From an uncultured bacterium (lineage in GTDB: Bacteria; CAIJMQ01): a stretch of 54,762 nt of DNA. The DNA lies in NCBI GenBank assembly GCA_964573245.1, contig CAZNJA010000001.1, positions 1 through 54,762 of the forward strand, in the 5' to 3' direction. How positions within the stretch are numbered: the stretch's first letter is position 1; each line of letters starts with the position of its first letter. Under the pieces are notes generated by a model that was not told the origin of the DNA, searched no databases, and was given only the letters and a program-made list of their open reading frames with translations. The translations under genes were made by a program, and so were the position numbers. This document shows positions 8,685 to 16,570 of the stretch, in pieces.

Positions 8685-9728
8685 TCATCCTGCATCCTTC
8701 GTAATTAAAAGCTCTGCTATTTGGACAGCATTCAAAGCTGCACCTTTGCGCAGATTATCCGAGACAATCCACAAATTCAGCCCGTTTTCGATAGATTCGT
8801 CTTCTCTTATTCTACCTACAAAGACCTCGTCTTTGCCATCGCAGTCAAGTGCTAAAGGGTAAACAGAAGACGCAGGATTATCAATCACTTTTACCCCAAG
8901 AGCACCGCTTAGAATATTTTTTGCTTCTTGAGCCGAGAGCTTCTTTTCGGTTTGTATGTTTACTGCTTCGGAATGACTTCTAAATACGGGAACTCTCACA
9001 CAAGTTGCGGTAACGGCAAGTTCTGGCTCTTTCATGATTTTTCTGGTCTCGTTAACACATTTCATCTCTTCTTTTGTGTAATCGTTCTTTTCAAATACAT
9101 CTATATGAGGAATAACGTTAAACGCTATTTGAGCAGGCAAAACTTTTTCTATATTTTGGGTGTTTTTATAGTTAAAATTTTCTCTTGAGGCAATTGATTT
9201 TATTTCCTCTATCAATTGCTCGACTGCTTCTTTTCCCCATCCTGAAACGGATTGGTAAGTGCTAACTACAACTCTTTTTATTTTAGCTGCATCGTGGATA
9301 GGTTTCAAAACGACAACGAGCTGAATGGTTGAACAGTTAGGATTAGCTATTATCCCTTTATGCTTTAATGCTTCTTCGGGATTTACCTCCGGAACTACCA
9401 AAGGAATTTCAGTATCCATTCTCCATGCGCTTGAATTGTCTATTACAACCGCACCGTCTTTAGCGGCTATCGGCGCGAATTTTTTGCTTATAGTCGCGCC
9501 TGCGGAAAAAAGAGCGATATCTATGCCTTTAAAAGAGTTCTCATCAAGAACAATTACATCTATTTGTTTCCCCTTAAAAGATACTTGTCTGCCTGAAGAC
9601 CGCTCGGAAGCAAGAGGCAAAAATCTATCGACAGGGAAATTCCTCTCTTCAAGCACTTTTGCCATTTCGATGCCAACCACACCGGTGGCACCTACAACAG
9701 CTATATTGTATTTGTTTTTTCTAATCAT
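8685..9728 (-). CDS. asd: Aspartate-semialdehyde dehydrogenase
   Basis: 347-aa ORF with N-terminal VVGATGVVG (NAD(P) binding) and the active-site motif IIANPNCSTI. Confidence 0.95.
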   Translation of the reverse strand: MIRKNKYNIAVVGATGVVGIEMAKVLEERNFPVDRFLPLASERSSGRQVSFKGKQIDVIVLDENSFKGIDIALFSAGATISKKFAPIAAKDGAVVIDNSSAWRMDTEIPLVVPEVNPEEALKHKGIIANPNCSTIQLVVVLKPIHDAAKIKRVVVSTYQSVSGWGKEAVEQLIEEIKSIASRENFNYKNTQNIEKVLPAQIAFNVIPHIDVFEKNDYTKEEMKCVNETRKIMKEPELAVTATCVRVPVFRSHSEAVNIQTEKKLSAQEAKNILSGALGVKVIDNPASSVYPLALDCDGKDEVFVGRIREDESIENGLNLWIVSDNLRKGAALNAVQIAELLITKDAG

Positions 9729-9734
9729 AGCTTG

Positions 9735-9856
9735 CCCCGTTAGAGATTAACTTTAAAATTGTTTATATACAATTAACCCATATTAAAAACAATAAGATTG
9801 TATTTCAAGCTCCCCATAAGAAACAGTCGTCTAATGACGACTTATCTCTAACGGGG
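9735..9856 (-). repeat. 122-nt multi-hairpin element closed by a 13-bp stem, directly upstream of asd
   Basis: CCCCGTTAGAGAT (9735-9747) pairs perfectly with ATCTCTAACGGGG (9844-9856). Inside are three small hairpins (AATTGT/ACAATT, ACAAT/ATTGT, GTCGTC/GACGAC). The 3' arm in asd sense ends 7 nt before the asd ATG. Confidence 0.6.
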
Positions 9857-9894
9857 TGGACGAATTTTATCAAAACTTCCGAATAATTACAAAA

Positions 9895-9923
9895 TTGATT
9901 ACTAAAGATGACGTTGCTATAAT
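9895..9923 (+). promoter_or_regulatory. Near-consensus sigma-70 promoter with extended -10
   Basis: TTGATT (9895-9900), a 17-nt spacer, then TGcTATAAT (9915-9923). It lies 19 nt upstream of the truncated tRNA-Gln copy. Confidence 0.6.
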
Positions 9924-9942
9924 CTTGGTTCAAAAGACAAAT

Positions 9943-9978
9943 TGCCCGGTGGTGTAATCGGTAACACGCAAGATTCTG
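9943..9978 (+). pseudogene. Truncated tRNA-Gln copy (positions 1-36, through anticodon CTG)
   Basis: Coordinates 9939-9978 are identical to 10313-10352, the 5' flank plus 5' half of the intact tRNA-Gln. After a 64-nt insert, the sequence CTGGATCT (10043-10050) matches tRNA positions 34-41, then similarity ends. Confidence 0.8.
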
Positions 9979-10042
9979 CCATGAACCACATCGAAGATGG
10001 ATTCATGGCAGCCCTGAACTGAACTTTGTTCTAGTTCACGGG
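9979..10042 (+). repeat. CCATGAACC-type two-hairpin element inside the truncated tRNA anticodon
   Basis: Hairpin 1 is (CTG)CCATGAA..TTCATGG(CAG). Hairpin 2 is CCCTGAACTGAAC..GTTCTAGTTCACGGG. It has the same design and ends as the element at 10389-10445, and CTG lies on both sides. Confidence 0.55.
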
Positions 10043-10058
10043 CTGGATCTCTTAAATA

Positions 10059-10331
10059 TTGGCTAAAATGTATTATGTTTATATTCTTTGGAGTAAAATA
10101 GATCAAAAGTTTTATATTGGATATACAGCTAATTTAGAAAGAAGATTGCAAGAGCACAAAAATAAGAAAGCATATTCTACGTCACGATTTCATCAGCCTG
10201 AGCTTGTATTTTTTGAGGCTTTTGCTTCAGATAAAGATGCAAGAAGACGAGAAAAGTATTTTAAGACTACTAAAGGTAAAAAAGCTTTAAAGTTGATGTT
10301 AAGAGAAACTATAAATTGCCCGGTGGTGTAA
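10059..10331 (+). CDS. Small GIY-YIG nuclease-domain protein (UPF0213/COG2827-like)
   Basis: 90-aa ORF with YYVYILWS..KFYIGYTANLERRLQEH (GIY...YIG block) and R/E-rich downstream motifs. It starts at TTG 10059 or ATG 10068. The last 5 codons and the TAA stop lie inside tRNA-Gln. Confidence 0.75.
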   Translation: MAKMYYVYILWSKIDQKFYIGYTANLERRLQEHKNKKAYSTSRFHQPELVFFEAFASDKDARRREKYFKTTKGKKALKLMLRETINCPVV

Positions 10332-10391
10332 TCGGTAACACGCAAGATTCTGGATCTTGTTTTCCTGGTTCGAGTCCAGGCTGGGCAGCCA
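10317..10391 (+). tRNA. tRNA-Gln (anticodon CTG), CCA encoded
   Basis: TGCCCGGTGGTGTAATCGGTAACACGCAAGATTCTGGATCTTGTTTTCCTGGTTCGAGTCCAGGCTGGGCAGCCA has a U1-A72 acceptor as in E. coli tRNA-Gln, anticodon loop TTCTGGA and T-arm CCTGGTTCGAGTCCAGG. Confidence 0.9.
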
Positions 10392-10445
10392 TGAACCAGA
10401 ACAAAGTTCGGTTCATGGCCCTAAACCTTACGTGGTTTTAGGGCT
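10389..10445 (+). repeat. CCATGAACC-type two-hairpin element abutting the tRNA-Gln 3' end
   Basis: CCATGAACCAGAAC-aaa-GTTCGGTTCATGG followed by CCCTAAACC-ttacgt-GGTTTTAGGG-CT. Its first three bases are the CCA end of the tRNA. Confidence 0.55.
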
Positions 10446-10600
10446 AATTCTAAAACTAAGAGTAAAAAATTTATCCCGAAGCGTGCGAAGTAAATTATGG
10501 AGTGAAACGACAGAATTTACGAGCGTTTACGCAAGGGACATTATGCTAAGTTATTTGCATTGCTTCTAAAGAAGGATTTTGTTAGTATGATGTCACTTAT

Positions 10601-11110
10601 ATGGATAAGAAGAATGTTCCTCTTATAGTTGGGATAGCTATTCCCATCTTAATGATTCTTTTTGTTGCAGCCAGTATCTACCTGCCAGGATTATTTGCTC
10701 CATCCCCTAAGTATAACTTTTTATATATCACAGGTGGAGATTACCGAAATAGAGACATTTATTCGGTTAACAACAGTAGATTGGTAAGGAATGACATTAA
10801 GTATCCTGAAAATAATTCCCCACGTAGTAACCCAAAACTTTTTTTACATGATACTGTAAAAAATGACAGTAGAGAAATATCTTTTGAAGATGCTCAGAAA
10901 CTTGCTGTAAATTCAAATCGTATCTCTCCCGATGGCTTTGAAGTTATTCGAGGGGATTATTATTATGACTTTACCTCACTTTTTTTTGGAGGAGGGAGAA
11001 ATTATCGAACATGGTATATCAAAGGTCATAATACATCCAAAAAATTAAACCTTCAAACAGATAGTTATTCCTACTACCATACTTATTTTATTGCGTGGAT
11101 AATGGATTGA
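10601..11110 (+). CDS. Hypothetical membrane-anchored protein
   Basis: 169-aa ORF with one N-terminal TM (VPLIVGIAIPILMILFVAASIYL) and a Y/N/R-rich extracytoplasmic part. I recognise no motif. Confidence 0.5.
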   Translation: MDKKNVPLIVGIAIPILMILFVAASIYLPGLFAPSPKYNFLYITGGDYRNRDIYSVNNSRLVRNDIKYPENNSPRSNPKLFLHDTVKNDSREISFEDAQKLAVNSNRISPDGFEVIRGDYYYDFTSLFFGGGRNYRTWYIKGHNTSKKLNLQTDSYSYYHTYFIAWIMD

Positions 11111-11115
11111 AATTT

Positions 11116-12090
11116 ATGGAAAAAGAAGAATTATTGCAACAGATAAAGAATTCCGCTGAAAAAGGTCTTATAACTAAAGGTGAATTGATTGATGCTTATA
11201 ATACGGGGGCTAAAGTCAAAAAGGATATTTTGTCTGTTCATCATTTAGGTGTTTCAGAAATACTATATTTTATCGGCGGAGCAATTGTTTCCATCGGCAT
11301 TTCTATGTTGATTTGGCAAAATTGGGAGCAATTGAATATCTTCACGAAGATAATTGCTACACTTGGAGCTGGGATAGCTTCTTACTTTGTCGGTGTTTTG
11401 TTTAGTCGTTATGAAAAACTTGATATGGTAGGACAGGCATTTTATTTTATTTCTGCACTAGTTATGCCACTTGGTCTATATGTAGTTTTTGATAACGCCG
11501 GATTAGATTGGGGAAGTTATGCTCAAACTTTAGTTTCAGGAATACTTTTCGCTACTTATCTGTTATCTTATTTTGTTTTTAGAAGAGATATTTTCATCTT
11601 TTTTAATATTATATTCGGAACATGGTTATTTTTTAGTTTTACGAATTTACTTTTAGGAAATAATCCAATTGGCCGCGATTTTAAACTTTATGAATATCGA
11701 GTTTTATTTGTTGGATTGTCGTATATGTTATTGGGATATTACTTTTCGCAAGGCGAAAAAAAGACCCTTAGTGGGATTCTATATGGATTTGGAGTGTTTG
11801 GATTTCTTGCGGCAGCGCTTGCGCTTGGCGGTTGGTCTCCTCAACAAAACGTTTTCTGGGAGATAGCTTTTCCGGGGATTGTTTTTGTGGTTATGTTTTT
11901 AAGCGTTTACCTTAAAAATAGGTCTTTTTTGACCTTTGGTGCATTATATCTAATGGGTTATATTTTGAAGATTACCGGAGAATATTTTACTAAGGGGTTA
12001 GGTTGGCCTCTTTCACTTGTTGTAGTGGGTCTTTCGTTGATTCTTGTGGGATATTTCTCTTTTTCTTTAAACAAAAAATATATGGTCTAA
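11116..12090 (+). CDS. Polytopic integral membrane protein (about 9 TM), unknown function
   Basis: The start is set at MEKEELLQQ (ATG 11116), just after the upstream stop. A short soluble N-terminus is followed by many hydrophobic segments. Its stop overlaps the convergent miaB stop (CTAA). Confidence 0.6.
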   Translation: MEKEELLQQIKNSAEKGLITKGELIDAYNTGAKVKKDILSVHHLGVSEILYFIGGAIVSIGISMLIWQNWEQLNIFTKIIATLGAGIASYFVGVLFSRYEKLDMVGQAFYFISALVMPLGLYVVFDNAGLDWGSYAQTLVSGILFATYLLSYFVFRRDIFIFFNIIFGTWLFFSFTNLLLGNNPIGRDFKLYEYRVLFVGLSYMLLGYYFSQGEKKTLSGILYGFGVFGFLAAALALGGWSPQQNVFWEIAFPGIVFVVMFLSVYLKNRSFLTFGALYLMGYILKITGEYFTKGLGWPLSLVVVGLSLILVGYFSFSLNKKYMV

Positions 12091-13514
12091 TCTATTTCCC
12101 CCTCCAACAGCCCACCCCTTACCTCTATAATCTTCACCTTTACAAGTTTACCGATTAAGTCTTTATCGCTTTTAAAAGAGACGGATTTAAAATTTCGTGT
12201 TTTGCCCACGCACCAGTCCCGACTTACGTCGGGACGATGCGGGGTTTCACCGAATGATTTACTTTTATTCTTTGTGTTATATCCTTCAACAAGAATCTCA
12301 ACTTCTTTGCCGATTAACTTTTCGTTTCTCTTCTGCACTATTTTTTTCTGCAGGGACAAGAGATTATTTAGCCGTTCTTTTTTTATCCCTTCAGGAACAT
12401 TGTCTTCCATTTCGGCGGCTTTTGTTCCCGGTCTTGTTGAATACTTAAATATATAAGACGCATCAAATTCTATTTCTTTGACAAGATTATAAGTATCCAT
12501 AAAGTTTTCTTCGGTTTCGGTAGGGAAACCGACCATTATATCGGTGGTAATACTCACATCTGGAATAGTTTTCCTTATTCTATCAACAAGCCCTTTGTAC
12601 TGTTTCTGTGTGTATCTTCTATTCATCAATTTCAAAATCTTATCGGAACCGGATTGCAGAGCCAGATGTAAATGTTCACATACTTTAGGTAGATCTCTCA
12701 CAGCTTCAATAGTAGCCATAGACATATCCTTTGGGTGAGAAGTGGTAAATCTAATACGCTCTATACCGTCTATCGCATTTATTGTCTTTAGAAGTTCAGC
12801 AAAACTCCTTTGGTTTTCGGTTTTCGGTTTTCCCCCGAGAAATCTGAAAGATTTCCGGGACTTTGGTCCTTGAAATTCCATAGAATTTCTAAGGGGGGTT
12901 TCGTAAGAATTGACATTTTGACCGAGAAGTGTTACTTCCTTTGTGCCTTTACGTGCTAATTCTTTAACTTCATCTTCTATTTCTTCTATAGGGCGACTTG
13001 TTTCTCTACCCCTAACATAAGGCACAATACAATAAGTGCAGTAGTTATTGCACCCACGTATAATAGCCACCCACGCGGATATTTTGTTCTCTCTTGTTTC
13101 ATAAACGGGCGGAGAGAAATCCGCATAATCTTCGGAGGTTTCAATACGCTTCCCATTGGTTTTTAATAAATCTTTTACAAATTCATTGATTTTGGGAATA
13201 CTGTAAGTCCCGCATACAAGATTTAAGCGAGGTATTTTTGTCAACAGGTTGATCCCCTCTTTTTGCGCCATGCATCCGCATATGCCGATTATCAGTTCGG
13301 GTTTTCTATCTTGCTTATACTTGCTCCATTTCCATAAATACGAATATACTCTTTCCTCCGCATGCTGTCTCACGCTGCACGTATTAACAAGTATTACATC
13401 CGCTTCCTGCCAGGCGCCGGTAAATTCATACCCTTCTTTCAACAAAAGCGATTTTATGATTTCGGAGTCGTATTTGTTCATCTGACAGCCGAAAGTCTGA
13501 ATAAATACTTTCAT
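12087..13514 (-). CDS. miaB: tRNA-i6A37 methylthiotransferase MiaB (radical SAM), with two in-frame palindromic insertions
   Basis: The start is set at MKVFIQTFGCQMNKYDSE. It has the radical-SAM CxxxCxxC motif (CNNYCTYCIVPY) and a TRAM-like C-terminus. Extra segments lie at NVNSY-[33 aa]-FAELL and in the TRAM region. Confidence 0.85.
   Translation of the reverse strand: MKVFIQTFGCQMNKYDSEIIKSLLLKEGYEFTGAWQEADVILVNTCSVRQHAEERVYSYLWKWSKYKQDRKPELIIGICGCMAQKEGINLLTKIPRLNLVCGTYSIPKINEFVKDLLKTNGKRIETSEDYADFSPPVYETRENKISAWVAIIRGCNNYCTYCIVPYVRGRETSRPIEEIEDEVKELARKGTKEVTLLGQNVNSYETPLRNSMEFQGPKSRKSFRFLGGKPKTENQRSFAELLKTINAIDGIERIRFTTSHPKDMSMATIEAVRDLPKVCEHLHLALQSGSDKILKLMNRRYTQKQYKGLVDRIRKTIPDVSITTDIMVGFPTETEENFMDTYNLVKEIEFDASYIFKYSTRPGTKAAEMEDNVPEGIKKERLNNLLSLQKKIVQKRNEKLIGKEVEILVEGYNTKNKSKSFGETPHRPDVSRDWCVGKTRNFKSVSFKSDKDLIGKLVKVKIIEVRGGLLEGEID
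12205..12244 (-). repeat. Nested hairpin element inside the miaB coding sequence
   Basis: The coding sense reads CCCCGCA-tc-GTCCCGAC-gtaa-GTCGGGAC-tgg-TGCGTGGG, translated as ETPHRPDVSRDWCVG. The inner palindrome CCCGACGTAAGTCGGG closely resembles those at 28841-28857 and 43012-43030. Confidence 0.6.
12812..12832. repeat. Heptamer tandem GGTTTTC x3 (within miaB)
   Basis: GGTTTTCGGTTTTCGGTTTTC lies directly 5' (plus strand) of the palindromic element at 12832-12898 and is translated as part of KPKTENQ. Confidence 0.7.
12832..12898 (+). repeat. Two-hairpin palindromic element (C-run / hairpin / GGGACTTTGGTC / hairpin / G-run) inside miaB
   Basis: CCCCCGAGAAATCtgaaaGATTTCCGGGACTTTGGTCCTTGAAATTCcataGAATTTCTAAGGGGGG. 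By my hand alignment about 75 percent of columns match the intergenic element at 37607-37677, including an identical 12-mer. Confidence 0.7.
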
Positions 13515-13614
13515 AGTGGGGTTTATTATATAGGCTCTTCGACAGCGGGACAAGTTATTAAGAGGTCGTTTAGGATAGGGTAATTACTACTTTCTGTGCA
13601 GTGAGAAAACTGGC

Positions 13615-16570
13615 TTAGGGATATTCATTAAACTCCGCCCCCGAACTGATGTAAATAGTAGAGTAAGTTATTCCGTAGGCATTGACATCCTGGGTATTTC
13701 CGTATAAGTAGATGTCTCTAACTGAATTACTATAGTATTGGTCGTCTTCTAAGTGGGTATGGTCAGCTTCGTAGAGGACAATCCCGTATCTATTGCCGTG
13801 GATCTCGTTATTGATAAACTGGTTATATTTTCCTCTCCAGACTCCCATTCCCCAACCCTGGTATCTGTTGTTGTATCTTGCGAGGTTATCTCTAACCAGG
13901 TGATTGTTGCCTCCTAAATGAATTCCTTTGGCATTTCTTTCTAAAAGATTATTCCGGATTACCGTGCCTTCTCCGATTACATGAATCCCCCAGAAAGTAT
14001 CGCTTACGGTGTTGCCTTCTATCAAGCAGTTATTTCCGGTGCTGTAGATTCCCTGCCCCCTGCCGTTATTACTGGAGGATAGTGCCGAAGAAGCAGTCAG
14101 GTTACAGTTTCTTATGACGATGTTATCTGCTTCGCAGAAGACTATTATGTCTTCCAGGTACGGATTGATGATAGAGTAGCCCTGGCCGTCAAAGACAATG
14201 CCTTCTGCCTGAATCCAGATACATTTAGGAATTACTTCTTCTCCCAGTAGGTCCCGGGTGAGATAGTAGTTAGTGTAGGGCTGGTCAAGGATCTGGGGGG
14301 AAGAGATAAAAATAGGTGCTCTTGCTTCATAAGCGCCCATATCGGCTAAGGCAAAACCAGTATCAGGGATATCCATCCGCTCCTGGCCTAAGATATCGGT
14401 AGAAGGAGCAATAATATCATCAGCCACATCAAGACAGGGACTATTTTCACTCAATTGTAAACCGTCATCTAAGGTGCAGAATAGACCATCATTGCCGGCT
14501 GGACTACTTACATTTACAAACAAGGGGTCACTGTCAATGTTGTAATCTCCGGGGTAACCCCCTTCTACATTAGAGTAACTGACAACAGTATTTGAAGGTA
14601 GGTACGGGTCTTCATATATTTCATCTCCACTGTTATTCCAAAGAACACAGTTGGTAATTGTTGCATTATTGCTGACTACACCATATCCAATATTTCCGTA
14701 AAAAGTGCAGTTAGTTATTTTCCCATCACCATAAATTGCAACGTCAGTGTTATGGGTAAATACACTGTTTATAACCTCTAAAGAACCTCCATGTATTGCG
14801 CCCCCAACATTGTGGTCGAAAATACAGTTTTTAAGAGTTGCTTCGCCGTATATCCCTCCACCGTAATCAGCTCGGTTGTAACTAAATACACAATTAGTAA
14901 TTGTGGGGTTACCTGTTCCACCATAAGCATTGCATAATCCACCTCCGAAGGAAGCATCATATCCACCGGTAGCATTTCCTCCTGTAATTATTACCCCATC
15001 AAGGATGGCGGTAGGGTTGGCACCAATACCTCTTACAACGTGGGTACTATTATCGGTATAGTTGGAAAAATCAGGAGGATTTCCGTCATTACCGTCCGTG
15101 TCGCCGCTTAGTATAGTTTGATAATTTGCTATATCACGATCATCTTCATTTGCACCGGGTGGTGTGTCATAGTATCCAGCATAACCGCCTTTAACAGTTA
15201 AACGGCTTCTTAACTGAAATGTTGGGCCTCTATAAATGCCGGGTGGAGACGGGTCAAAAAAGTCTGCCTCATGAGGTTTATGTGTTCCGTGTGCTACCCA
15301 AATCTCGTCATAAGGTTGGATTTCAGAATGGTTGAGTGCGTCCTGCAGATATTTAAAGGCGGAGTACCATGATGTACCGTCTCGGTCCGGGTTTGTTTGG
15401 GCAGCATCAACATACCATACATTAGGTTCTACATACTCATATGCTCCCATATCGGCACCTATTCCTCCGTCGTTTCCTACCCCGGGAATGTCAACACGTC
15501 CTTTGCCTAATTTATCAGTAGAAGGTGCTATGGTATCGTTTGCAGCATCAATACACGGGCTGCCTTCCGCTAAGCGCAAGCCATCCTGTAATGGGTTGTC
15601 TGGATCCACAAATAACGGATTACTGTTTATATTACCTTCACCAGGGTATCCATTGGGGTTGGAGCCCGCTATATTAGAATAGGTGACAACCGGATTTGAT
15701 GTCCCCGAATTAAATATTTCGTTTATTCCTCCATTCCGCAAAATACTGTTTGTTATTACAGGGTTACTGTTAGAGTTATAGATAATACCGGCGTAAAATT
15801 CGCTCTTATTTTCAGTAAATGTGCAGTTTGTGATTTCTGGGGAGGAAGAGTTGCGGTTATATATAGCGCCACCCTCAGCTTTACTCCAATTATCATTAAA
15901 GATACAGCTTGTAAATTTTGGTGAAGAAGTGTGGTTATATATTGCACCTCCGCTTCCTAAGTAAATAGCCTCATTTCCGATGAATATACAGTTTGTAAAC
16001 TCTGGAGACGATTCGAAATTGTATACACCCCCACCCTTAGAAAATGCATCATTATTTTTGAATATACAGTTTTTGACTGTAGGGTTGCCATTGTTATTAA
16101 ACATCCCGGCACCTCTTACTTCGTCATCAGTTGGACTTGCTCCCACATAGAAGGCCTTCCCTTCTGTAATAGTGAAGCCATCGAGTATTGCAGTGGGGTT
16201 GGTATTGCTCCCGGTTATAACATGATAGCTATTATCATCATCGTAAATGGGTTCTCTTATGTTACCGCTTAGTATAGTTTCATAAAATACTATATCGCGT
16301 TCATCATGATCCCCTGTATCAATGCCACCATAACCACCTTTAATGGTCACGCTGTCTATAAGTTGGAATGTGGCTGTCCTATCGCCAGTTCCACTCTGAT
16401 TCGCTGTATCACGGTCGGGTTTGTAAGTCCCTTGTGCAACTCTGATTTCATGGCCAGGTTCAAGGTAAGGATTATTGAGAGCGTCCTGTAAATAGTGAAA
16501 TGCATCTGCCCATGATGTGCCATCCTGAAAATAACCGGCACTATCGTCGACATACCAGATATTAGTAATA
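13615..16570 (-). other. Three right-handed parallel beta-helix modules of the giant ORF
   Basis: Two modules of about 375 aa (about 15440-16570 and 14320-15440) each start N[IV]WYVD...DGTSW..AF.YLQDAL and end ADMGAYE, with many N/G-rich about-23-aa rungs. The terminal NosD/PbH1-like module (13615-14320) has GNTVSD..GIHV..GTVIRNN rungs. Confidence 0.6.

Noticed and set aside
9943-10391. Could the split tRNA-Gln be one gene interrupted in the anticodon loop by a group I intron that encodes the GIY-YIG protein, as in phage or organelle homing-endonuclease introns?
   Set aside because: A complete, contiguous tRNA-Gln exists at 10317-10391, so no splicing is needed. Most of the intervening 338 nt is ORF, leaving too little for a group I core. 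I could not recognise P3/P7-type pairings, and the would-be intron would end with a duplicate of the 5' exon.
10357-10569. 70-aa ORF downstream of tRNA-Gln. The 73-aa ORF 42862..43083 across the tRNA pair is similar.
   Set aside because: Both begin inside tRNA genes and run through palindromic spacer elements. They have no SD and no protein-like composition.
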